Part shown: positions 1-7,894 of the stretch, one piece after another
Layout: each line of letters opens with the position of its first letter
Numbering within the stretch: position 1 is the first letter of the stretch
Source of the DNA: an uncultured Acidobacteriota bacterium
GTDB lineage: Bacteria > Acidobacteriota > JAQAZP01
NCBI GenBank assembly: GCA_963836075.1
Contig: CAWIIB010000009.1
Span: 3,360,001-3,424,000 of the forward strand
Length of the DNA: 64,000 nt
Reading direction: 5' to 3'
The notes under the pieces: model-generated
Databases searched by the model: none
The model's input: only the letters and a program-made list of their open reading frames with translations
Told to the model about the DNA's origin: nothing
Program-made: the position numbers and the translations under genes

Positions 1-1
1 G

Positions 2-373
2 CCAAAATCGCTGCGCGTCAACGGGAAAATTGCACCCCCCGTGATTTTACTGAAAGCGGGTGACGAGCTGCTCTTCAGCCCGGCCAGCGGATATGTGGCG
101 CACGTGGCGGTGTTCAACAGCGGGGCCGTTGGCACTCTGTCGGATGAGGAGACGGAAGTGAGGTGCGCGATCTGTTTGAACACGTTCGAGATGGGGGCCC
201 GGGTCTATGTGTGCCCTGGTTGTAAAAAGCCATTTCACCTCGATTCAGAAGATCAGCCGGAGGAGACCCGGCTGGTCTGTGCCCGTCCGGGCAACAGGTG
301 TCCCATCTGCCGGACGCCGATGAATTTTGAGGCTGGCTACACCGAGGTCCCGGAGTGCTTCCGGGGGCACTGA
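2..373 (+). CDS. 5'-truncated FHA-like/beta-grasp-like + RING-type zinc finger protein (candidate E3 ligase)
   Basis: The frame is open from base 2 (PKSLRVNGKIAPPVILLKAGDELLF, a VNG..L..GD motif typical of FHA or ThiS/MoaD C-termini). It is followed by CAIC-x12-CPGC-x4-H...C-x6-CPIC, a RING-like ligand pattern. Confidence 0.7.
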   Translation, partial: PKSLRVNGKIAPPVILLKAGDELLFSPASGYVAHVAVFNSGAVGTLSDEETEVRCAICLNTFEMGARVYVCPGCKKPFHLDSEDQPEETRLVCARPGNRCPICRTPMNFEAGYTEVPECFRGH

Positions 374-384
374 TCAGCTGAAGC

Positions 385-1632
385 ATGGGGGAGAGGACAG
401 TGGCGGATCTCTACTTCGAGATTGAGCATGGCGGGAATCATGATTCCACAATTCGCGCGCCCCGGGAGTCCCGCCTGCCGGATTTCATTGGTGCGCCGGA
501 TGGCGCCGGGAAGAAGCTCGGTGGGCTGCGGGTGGTCATTGCCGGATGTGGCAGCGTGGGGCAGGCCGTTGCCATTCACTGCGCCCGGTTGCAGGTGCGT
601 GAAATCAGTCTGGTGGACAGCAAGCCGCTGAAGTCCTCGAGCATGCTGACCCACGGCTGGGCTTTCCCCGAGGACCTCGGGCAGCCCAAAGCAACGGTTA
701 TCGGACGCCTGGTGAAGCAGATCTCCCCGGGCACCCGGGTCCGGGTGTATGACGGCCGGGTCGGTGAACTGGGTCTCCGTGCATTCGCATCCGCCGACCT
801 GGCCGTGCTCTGCACCGACAACCTGCTGGCCGAAGTGGAGGTGGGCCGCTGTTGCCGGTTGCTGGGTGTCCCGGTTTTTCAGGGTTCTCTACATGGGGCC
901 AGCATGACTGTGCAGGTTCGGGCCTGGAGCAATACGGCGGACGGGCCGTGCCCGGCCTGCAGCTATACCTCGGCCGAATTCGAAGCGCTGAACAGCGAGA
1001 CCGAATTCAGCTGCGAGGGGGGATTCGGGGGCCGGGGAGCGCCGCGGATCAGCGGTCCGGTGACGGCCAGCACCTCCTTTCTCTGTGCGCTCAGTGCGGA
1101 TATGACCATGGTGCAGCTGGTTCGCCACTGGTTGGGACTGGGCCTGCCGGTTCTCGATTCGATCCTGGAATGGAACGGCTTCACCCACCGCAGTACCGTC
1201 AACCCGCTGCAGCGGAAAGCCGGCTGCGGGGGAGAGCACACGGTGTGCCGCCGTGTGCCGTCAAACCACGCCATCGGTGAATCATCAATCCGTCAACTGC
1301 TCATCGCCGGCGGGGCTGCAACAAAAAAGAACCACGCCGGCATGTCCCTTCAGCTGGACGACCTTCTGTTCTGTGAGCGGGCATCGTGCGGTTGTCCGCC
1401 GTCACAGCAGTCCGGGAGGTTTTACAGCTGCGGTGCGGGAGGGGGCCGGGCTGGCGAGGTCTGCAGCACCTGCGGGCAGAAGCCCGTGCCGAGCCCTTTT
1501 CATTGTTACGAGATGGTTCCCCTGGCTGAGCTGAAGGCGTGCATGGATCAGCCGCTTTCAGAGCTGGGGGCGGGAAACGCCGGCTGGGCCAGGCTCCGTG
1601 ATCCGGAAGGGAGTGTGTTGATCGGTATCTGA
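385..1632 (+). CDS. ThiF/MoeB-family E1-like enzyme with C-terminal Cys-rich extension
   Basis: Motifs VVIAGCGSVG (GxGxxG), LVD, GQPKA, CTDN and CPAC; candidate catalytic Cys in FSCEG; C-terminal CGC...CSTC zinc-ribbon-like segment. Confidence 0.85.
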   Translation: MGERTVADLYFEIEHGGNHDSTIRAPRESRLPDFIGAPDGAGKKLGGLRVVIAGCGSVGQAVAIHCARLQVREISLVDSKPLKSSSMLTHGWAFPEDLGQPKATVIGRLVKQISPGTRVRVYDGRVGELGLRAFASADLAVLCTDNLLAEVEVGRCCRLLGVPVFQGSLHGASMTVQVRAWSNTADGPCPACSYTSAEFEALNSETEFSCEGGFGGRGAPRISGPVTASTSFLCALSADMTMVQLVRHWLGLGLPVLDSILEWNGFTHRSTVNPLQRKAGCGGEHTVCRRVPSNHAIGESSIRQLLIAGGAATKKNHAGMSLQLDDLLFCERASCGCPPSQQSGRFYSCGAGGGRAGEVCSTCGQKPVPSPFHCYEMVPLAELKACMDQPLSELGAGNAGWARLRDPEGSVLIGI

Positions 1633-1708
1633 GGTACGGACGCTCATCCGGGGGGAAGCGGGTGAGGTAGAGGGCGATATCAGGGGTGGCGGCTAGGAGG
1701 ACGGGACC

Positions 1709-2386
1709 ATGACAGGGAAAGATCAGCAGAATCACACCATACCGGCCGGCGGCCTGGCGGCGCTGGACCAGGTGCAGCTCAACCCGGCACTGGAGCATCT
1801 CTTTCGCAAGGCGGCCGCCGATTGCGGCGGACCAAACGAGTGGAAAAACAGGAAGCTCTTCGAAGCTCGGGAACTGCTGGCGCTGAGCCAGATCGCGCCG
1901 CGGTTCAAGGTCATCGAACTCGATCTGCGTGAGTCATTTCGCGCCCTGGCCTTTCTCTCCACACCGGTGCCGCTCCGGCCGGACGAGAATGGCCAGCTGC
2001 GCACCGCCTCGTACGCCATGCTGGGGATCACCTACCGGGAGGCCGCGGTGATCGAGCCCCAACCAGGGTTCAACTATGTGCAGATCTTGCAACCCGAAAA
2101 TCTTTTTCATCCAAATATTGCCTGCGAAGCTGGCGGGCAGGTGCTGTGTCTGGGCGTTTCCATGCCTGCGGGGCTGAGGATCAAGGAGCTTATCTTGTTG
2201 ACATATGGGGCTTTGTCGATGCAGCTGGTGATGGTGGACCCCGCGGATCATGCGGGAGTCCTCAATATCGAGGCGGCCCGGTGGTGGCAGGTGCCGGCCA
2301 ACCTGGCCCGGGCCCCCCTGACCCGCGAGGCTTTTCTGGCCGGCGGGGACGGGTATCTGGCAAAGGTTCAGGAGCAGAAGGCATAG
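1709..2386 (+). CDS. UBC/E2-like ubiquitin-conjugating enzyme homologue
   Basis: FHPNI...VLCLG (HPN motif plus catalytic Cys) and a downstream GVLNIEAARWW resembling the eukaryotic E2 PLNxEAA helix. AGGAGG RBS upstream. Confidence 0.75.
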   Translation: MTGKDQQNHTIPAGGLAALDQVQLNPALEHLFRKAAADCGGPNEWKNRKLFEARELLALSQIAPRFKVIELDLRESFRALAFLSTPVPLRPDENGQLRTASYAMLGITYREAAVIEPQPGFNYVQILQPENLFHPNIACEAGGQVLCLGVSMPAGLRIKELILLTYGALSMQLVMVDPADHAGVLNIEAARWWQVPANLARAPLTREAFLAGGDGYLAKVQEQKA

Positions 2387-2390
2387 GAAC

Positions 2391-3206
2391 ATGAGCAATT
2401 CCGTTTCCCTGTGGTTTTCATCCGGGCAGTGGGAGAGCGATCTGACCGCGGCCGGCTTTTCCCGTGGACGCGGCCAGCGCTGCTACTCGCTGGCCGGGGT
2501 GAGGTTCAGTATGGATGCCGACTGGCCGGTCCTGTGGTCCGGCTCCGGAGAGGAACCTGCTGATCCGCTGACCGGTCAGTTGGCCAGTCCGGGTCTCTGG
2601 AAGTGGGTGGTGGAGCAGGGGAAAGCACGGCAGGTTTTCGAGATTCCGCCGGCGGCGTTCAACGGAACGGGCCCTGTGGATGACAGCGGTGAAGAGTGTT
2701 CACTGTTCCGGTCGGTCATTGACTGGGCCATGGCCACCCGCCATGGCCGTTGCCCTGACGGCTGGTCCTCACCGCCCGAGGAGGAGGTGGCCGCGGCCAT
2801 CCCGACGTCGGGTTTGACCCTCCAGCATGGAGCGTTTCTTTGCCAGGGCCGGCTGGAGCATGACCCGGGGCGGCTGGCCCTGAGCATCCCCATCGTCCAC
2901 GAGATTCCGGCGGACCTGTCGCCGGAGCGTCATTCCTGGCTGCGCTGCCTGCTGGGAGATGCGCAAAACCGGTGGAGACTGGTCCGGGTGGGGTTTGACC
3001 AGGAACGGTCCGGAATGTCGGTCAGCGCGGGAATCGATCTCACCGGCGTACCGCGGCCCATGCTGGAACCGCTGGTGAGCATCGCCCTGCCGGCCCTGCG
3101 CGGGGTGGCTGAATGGGTGGTCTGCTCAACGGTTTTTCTGACCAGGTCTTCCAACGGGTGCCGGGCCCTGGCGGCAGGCGCCGTGCGGTCCGACACCCAT
3201 CCATGA
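2391..3206 (+). CDS. Hypothetical protein of the Ubl operon (C-terminal half possibly YbjN/T3S-chaperone-like fold)
   Basis: 271-aa ORF tightly packed between the E2 and Ubl genes. The fold guess rests on the beta-strand/helix pattern only. Confidence 0.6.
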   Translation: MSNSVSLWFSSGQWESDLTAAGFSRGRGQRCYSLAGVRFSMDADWPVLWSGSGEEPADPLTGQLASPGLWKWVVEQGKARQVFEIPPAAFNGTGPVDDSGEECSLFRSVIDWAMATRHGRCPDGWSSPPEEEVAAAIPTSGLTLQHGAFLCQGRLEHDPGRLALSIPIVHEIPADLSPERHSWLRCLLGDAQNRWRLVRVGFDQERSGMSVSAGIDLTGVPRPMLEPLVSIALPALRGVAEWVVCSTVFLTRSSNGCRALAAGAVRSDTHP

Positions 3207-3228
3207 CGGCTGAGAGGAGGTGAACGAG

Positions 3229-3522
3229 ATGAAGGAAATGACTTCGGTAACCGGTGGAGGGTCCGGGGCTGTGGGGACACTGGACCTCCTGGCCACGGAC
3301 ATCACCAACACGATGCAGATTCAGGCCCTGGGCATCCAGTCCGGGGCGCCGGTGTCGGCGGTTGCGCGCTCACTGGCGGCCACCATGAATCTGCCATCCG
3401 GTGTGCCCTGGGCCATTCGGGATGATCGCACCAGCGCGTTTCTCGATGACGCCCGGACCATTGGCGAGCAGGTCACACCGGACAGCAGTGTGACGGTTGT
3501 CCCTCGGACGCACCTCGGCTGA
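3229..3522 (+). CDS. Ubiquitin-like beta-grasp protein (YukD/EsaB-like), mature C-terminal Gly (PRTHLG*)
   Basis: AGGAGG at 3215-3220, ATG at 3229. About 97 aa with a Ubl-like pattern (VSAVARSLAATMNLP...FLDDARTIGEQV...VTVVPRTHLG). Lies among E1/E2/JAB genes. Confidence 0.75.
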   Translation: MKEMTSVTGGGSGAVGTLDLLATDITNTMQIQALGIQSGAPVSAVARSLAATMNLPSGVPWAIRDDRTSAFLDDARTIGEQVTPDSSVTVVPRTHLG

Positions 3523-3627
3523 GGGGGCGGAGAGCCGCCCGGCGGGCACGGGGGATTGGTCCTTGTGCCTGCCGGGTGGGCTTGAAGCATTCGAGCCGCG
3601 TCGGCCAGGGGAGTGGGGAGGAGAACC

Positions 3628-4803
3628 ATGGAGAAAGAAAGCAGGGAAGGAGTTGAGTGCCGGTCCCTGACGGCCCCGCTGTCATACCGCTTTGACGTGG
3701 CCCTCAGACTGGAGCAGGGGGGTAATCCGCTGCTTCTGGAGCCAATCACGGAGTCTGACCGGCTGGACCTCTACTCTGAGGTCTGGCTGGAGCAGATGCG
3801 CCGGGGTCAACCGGGACTGGCGCTTGAAGATCTGCTGCTGCGCATGCTTCCGGCGGGCCTGCGGCAGGAGGGTAACAGGTGTGAGGGACTGCTGGTGGAA
3901 GCCACCGCCCCCGACGGCGAAACAGTGAGCCGCCGCTTCGGTCTCCATGCCCTGGCCCCGGTGGCCGCTCGCGGAGCGGCCCGGTTGCTCCAGACGGGAG
4001 GGCTCCAGCCGAACCAGGACTACTACTACGAGATCGTTGCCCGGCCGGCCGGGACTGCGGGCCCCGATGCTGCGGAACCGTCACCGGACGTGGGGGGGAG
4101 TTTCACCATCCAGCACGTGCCGCTGGACTACCTGGAGTATCCCCTGCCGCCCCTGCTGGCCCAGGCCGATGCGGTGGGGCCGGTTGGGGGCTGGAGCCCG
4201 GTCTTCTACAGCCACGACCTGTTCATCCGCGCCGATGGCTTCTCCCGCCGTGGGGCGGCGAGCGACCCGCCGGAAGAGTCCGGTGCGGTGATCCTGGGGA
4301 TTCCCTGCTCCTGCCCGGAAACGGGCGAGTTCTTCATCGTGGCCACCGACGTTCTGGAAATGGAGGACACCGCTCAAAGCACCTACTCGCTCTCCCTGTC
4401 AGGCCGGTCATGGGGCCGCATTCAGGCCGCGGTGAAAACCCGGCAGGCCCAGCCGGGCGGGAGTCAGAAGCGGATCACCGGGCTTTGCCACGGCCACAAC
4501 TTCTACCCCTGCATGCTGCAGGGCAAGGACTGCCGGGACTGCGAAAAGCTGGAGACCTGCTCGGCCACCAGCGTGTTCGTCTCCGACCAGGACCAGATGT
4601 GGACCCGGGGGGTTTTTTTCCGGCAGCCCTGGTGCTTCAGCCACGTGTTCGGGATTGATACCCGTGGCGCGCATGTTCACGGACTGTTCGGTTTTCAGGG
4701 GGGAAGGATGGTCCAACGTGGGTTCCACCTGTTGCCGGAGATTCCCGCATCGTTGAGCGGGGGAGGGCCGGATCCGGTCGGTGAAGACCAAAGGGAGGAT
4801 TAG
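3628..4803 (+). CDS. JAB/MPN metallopeptidase-like protein with N-terminal extension and Cys-rich insert
   Basis: EESGAVILG (catalytic Glu), CHGH (HxH), insert C...CRDC...C, then SDQD (SxxD). GGAGGAG RBS before ATG 3628. Confidence 0.7.
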   Translation: MEKESREGVECRSLTAPLSYRFDVALRLEQGGNPLLLEPITESDRLDLYSEVWLEQMRRGQPGLALEDLLLRMLPAGLRQEGNRCEGLLVEATAPDGETVSRRFGLHALAPVAARGAARLLQTGGLQPNQDYYYEIVARPAGTAGPDAAEPSPDVGGSFTIQHVPLDYLEYPLPPLLAQADAVGPVGGWSPVFYSHDLFIRADGFSRRGAASDPPEESGAVILGIPCSCPETGEFFIVATDVLEMEDTAQSTYSLSLSGRSWGRIQAAVKTRQAQPGGSQKRITGLCHGHNFYPCMLQGKDCRDCEKLETCSATSVFVSDQDQMWTRGVFFRQPWCFSHVFGIDTRGAHVHGLFGFQGGRMVQRGFHLLPEIPASLSGGGPDPVGEDQRED

Positions 4804-4807
4804 AGGA

Positions 4808-6568
4808 ATGTCGATCACGGGCAATGACAAACCAGGGAAGATCGAGCACATGCTGGCCGACAGTGATCTCCCCTTCGCTCACCGCAAAATGATGCTCAAA
4901 CAGCTGATCAAGCACAGCAGCGAGGAGACGGATTCCATACTGGAGTCGATCCTCAACGGTGGTGAGAACAACAAACTGGACAAGACCCTGGCCCGCAAGG
5001 TCAAGTCGTACAACGAGAAGCTCAAGGCGCTGGAGGAGGGCCCGGTGCGGCCGGGCACCTTTCTTGGCTCCCGCCCGCACAGTAGTGGTGCGGTGACCCG
5101 TGTGCAGGTGAGGCTGGAGGACGGCACGACGGTGTTTCCGCTGCTGCCCCGCCCCCGTCTGCTGCGGGAACTGCGGCGGGGGGACTCCGTGGTGCTGGAC
5201 GGTCAGGCCCAGGCCGTCATCTCCCGTGAACCCGCCGCTGAGTGGTCGGGGGAGGTGGCGACCTACGAACGGCGGATCGGTCCGGAGCATGTGGAGATTT
5301 CCGTCCGCGGGGACGAGCGCCATGTCTTCGACGCCTCCCACGGGGTCATCGATCTGCTGAACCGGGAGAGTGTGGAGCCGGGCCGCCGGTTGCTGATCTG
5401 CCAGCGGCGGAAGTTCGTCATGGGGGTCGTGCCCGAGGAGGAGGGGCGGGTCCACTACCGCTATCTCGACCGGATGGCGGTGCCCGATGTGGTGGCGGAG
5501 CGGGACCTGGGAGATCCCCCGGCCTACCTCGACGAACTGATGAGTCATCTGCGGATGGAGATGACCAGGCCCGATCTGCGCCGCCGCTACGGTCTGCGCC
5601 GCTGCGCGATGAAGCTGCTGGCCGGGATCAGCGGTTCGGGCAAGAGCTACTCGCTGCTGGCCCTGTGGAATGCGATGTACCAGCTGATGGCCGAAGTGAC
5701 CGGAGTGCAGGTGGAGGATCTGCCGTCCCGGGTGATGCGCTTTCGGCCGGCCCAGCTGCTCAGCCACTGGTTCGGGGACAGTGACAGGAATATCGACCGC
5801 TTTTTCGGTGAGGTGCACCGGCTGGCCGACGAAAAATTTGCCGGCCCCGGGGGCAAGGTCTATGAACTGCCGGTGCTGGTGATCCTCGAGGAAGTGGATG
5901 GGATGAGCCGTGCCCGGGGGGGTGACGACATCTATGACCGGATCATGTCCACCCTGCTGGAACTGCTTGACCCCACACGCCAGGCGCTCAGCGACCGCAT
6001 GATCATCTTGGTGGGCACCACCAACGTGCCGGAGCAGATCGATCCGGCCTTCCTGCGCCGGATCGGGGGGACCATCGAAACCTTTGGCCATCTCAATCGG
6101 AGGAATTTCAGGGAGGTGCTGCGCAAGCGGCTGCAGCGGATACCCCTGGCTGCCCGGGACGGAATGGGCGATGACGATCTGCTGCAGGGGATGGTCAACG
6201 AACTGACCTCCTGGCTTTTCAGTTCCAACGGAGAGGACCACGGCCAGGTGGAGATTTCTCTGGTGGGCTCCGCCGAGCCGCTGGTCCACCGCCGCAGGGA
6301 CTTTCTCACCGCCGGCATGGTGGACCGGGCCGTACAGCAGGTGGCCGATCTGGCCTGCACGGAAGAGGATGCCGGCAGCGCCAACCCCGGCCTGACCCCG
6401 GCGATGCTGAAAAAGGCGCTGGACCGCCAGGTGCGGGCCATTGTGGACCTGCTCAGCCCGGGGAATGTGGGCAACTATCTGCAGTTGCCCGATGGGGTGC
6501 GGGTCCAGGGCATCAGGGTCATCGAGCGGCCGGTGATCCATTCTTTTGAGCTGGTGCGGGCGAGCTGA
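4808..6568 (+). CDS. ARC/Mpa-like proteasomal AAA+ ATPase homologue
   Basis: N-terminal coiled coil and tandem OB-like segments (GEVATYERRIG..ERHV..VEPGRRLLI..VPDV) as in Mpa/ARC. Walker A GISGSGKS, Walker B VILEEVD, GTTN..IDPAFLRR (SRH), and the Mpa-like DFLTAGMVDRAV. Confidence 0.85.
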   Translation: MSITGNDKPGKIEHMLADSDLPFAHRKMMLKQLIKHSSEETDSILESILNGGENNKLDKTLARKVKSYNEKLKALEEGPVRPGTFLGSRPHSSGAVTRVQVRLEDGTTVFPLLPRPRLLRELRRGDSVVLDGQAQAVISREPAAEWSGEVATYERRIGPEHVEISVRGDERHVFDASHGVIDLLNRESVEPGRRLLICQRRKFVMGVVPEEEGRVHYRYLDRMAVPDVVAERDLGDPPAYLDELMSHLRMEMTRPDLRRRYGLRRCAMKLLAGISGSGKSYSLLALWNAMYQLMAEVTGVQVEDLPSRVMRFRPAQLLSHWFGDSDRNIDRFFGEVHRLADEKFAGPGGKVYELPVLVILEEVDGMSRARGGDDIYDRIMSTLLELLDPTRQALSDRMIILVGTTNVPEQIDPAFLRRIGGTIETFGHLNRRNFREVLRKRLQRIPLAARDGMGDDDLLQGMVNELTSWLFSSNGEDHGQVEISLVGSAEPLVHRRRDFLTAGMVDRAVQQVADLACTEEDAGSANPGLTPAMLKKALDRQVRAIVDLLSPGNVGNYLQLPDGVRVQGIRVIERPVIHSFELVRAS

Positions 6569-6614
6569 TCCGGAATCGCCGTCCGGACGGGGAAAGATCG
6601 AGGAGGAGAGGCAG

Positions 6615-6950
6615 ATGGCCGACGAACGGAGGAGACCGAAAAGAGAGGAGACCGGGCCAGGTCCCGGTGGCCTCGGTGATGTGTTTGCCGGACCCGAAAC
6701 GGGCGGGGCGGTAACGGTTTGCCATGGACCGTACAGCGAGGATCTGCCGGTGGGCAACATGAGTGTGGGTGAGGTCCGGCGCCGGTTCTCGGACCGCCTG
6801 GACATCGACCCCCAGAGCCAGGCGGTGATCGACGGCAACGAGGTGGACGACAGCACCGTGCTGCGCGGCGGCCAACTGCTGGCCTTTATCCGGCAGGCTG
6901 GTGAAAAGGGCGGGAGGAGACGGTCCCACGGGGGAGGATCGCCATGTTGA
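6615..6950 (+). CDS. Second ubiquitin-like protein (PRTRC protein C-like FIRQAGEKG motif with short C-terminal extension)
   Basis: AGGAGGAG RBS, ATG 6615. MSVGEVRRRF..LDIDP..AVIDGNEV....VLRGGQLLAFIRQAGEKG is a beta-grasp pattern. Confidence 0.75.
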   Translation: MADERRRPKREETGPGPGGLGDVFAGPETGGAVTVCHGPYSEDLPVGNMSVGEVRRRFSDRLDIDPQSQAVIDGNEVDDSTVLRGGQLLAFIRQAGEKGGRRRSHGGGSPC

Positions 6951-7894
6951 GCAAGCTGGCCGCAAGGCGGGCGGAGGCGCGGTCCGCTTCGCGCCGGCAG
7001 ACGGTGCACCAGGTGACCATCAAGGGTGAGCTGGTCTCCACGGCCACCCCGGAGGGGCAGCCGGTCTGCATGAAACTGAAGGACCTGCTGGGGCTGATCT
7101 CGACCCACGGGGATCGATCGCTGGAGACCGGAGGCCTGTTGCCCGACGGGGTCAAGCTGGTCCGGTCCCGGGGGCCGGTGACCGTCTGGACCTACCAGCG
7201 GCCACCCCAGGTGCACAACCTGAGGTGGATCGCCGCCGACTCTCCCGTGCCGTTCGGAAAGGGCAGCACCTACCGCTCGGTGCGTATCGCGCTGCCCTAC
7301 CTGGTGGTGCTGGCCGTGTTTATCACCGGGAGGAACAACCGTCTGCAGCTGTCGCAATACAACGAGTGCTTTTTCCGCAACGAACCTCTGAAGAGTGTTG
7401 AGGACCAGCTGTTCTACCCGGCACTGCTCAACTGTTCGAAGTTCAACCCGCAGGAGGGGCACCCGCTTTCCTGGATCTGCACCGCAAATATGGACCTCAG
7501 GCGTCTGGGCCGGCTCCCGGACGAGAACGAACGGATGCGGGGCAGTATGAATGCTCTGCTGCACTGCCTGCTGGAAACCGGTTACAACCATTCCAGCGAA
7601 CACCACGAGGAGACAAGCTGGTTCACCGAGTCCGCCACGGTGGACCCGCGGGTCGCCACCGTCGAGAGGTGGGAGCAGGCCACCGCCAAAGACAGTCTTT
7701 TCGTCCTTGACGTCCCCTGGCTCAAAACCGGCAGGAGCCTGGGGCAGGTGATCGAAAGGATATTCGACAATGCCGGCAGTTCCCGCGGACGGCTGGCCAC
7801 TTCCAATGACCTGATGCGGCTGATGGCCAACAACAGCGAGCGGCTGCCGGCGAAGGAAGAAGCGCAGGGGGTATTTATCGATGAACTGTTCTGA
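6944..7894 (+). CDS. Prokaryotic E2-like protein (PRTRC protein B/Prok-E2_D-like)
   Basis: ALPYLVVL...FFRNEPL..DQLFYPALLN...WICTANM matches my recollection of the L(Y/F)xAP..N...xC motif of this family. Located between the Ubl and JAB genes. Confidence 0.7.
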   Translation: MLSKLAARRAEARSASRRQTVHQVTIKGELVSTATPEGQPVCMKLKDLLGLISTHGDRSLETGGLLPDGVKLVRSRGPVTVWTYQRPPQVHNLRWIAADSPVPFGKGSTYRSVRIALPYLVVLAVFITGRNNRLQLSQYNECFFRNEPLKSVEDQLFYPALLNCSKFNPQEGHPLSWICTANMDLRRLGRLPDENERMRGSMNALLHCLLETGYNHSSEHHEETSWFTESATVDPRVATVERWEQATAKDSLFVLDVPWLKTGRSLGQVIERIFDNAGSSRGRLATSNDLMRLMANNSERLPAKEEAQGVFIDELF

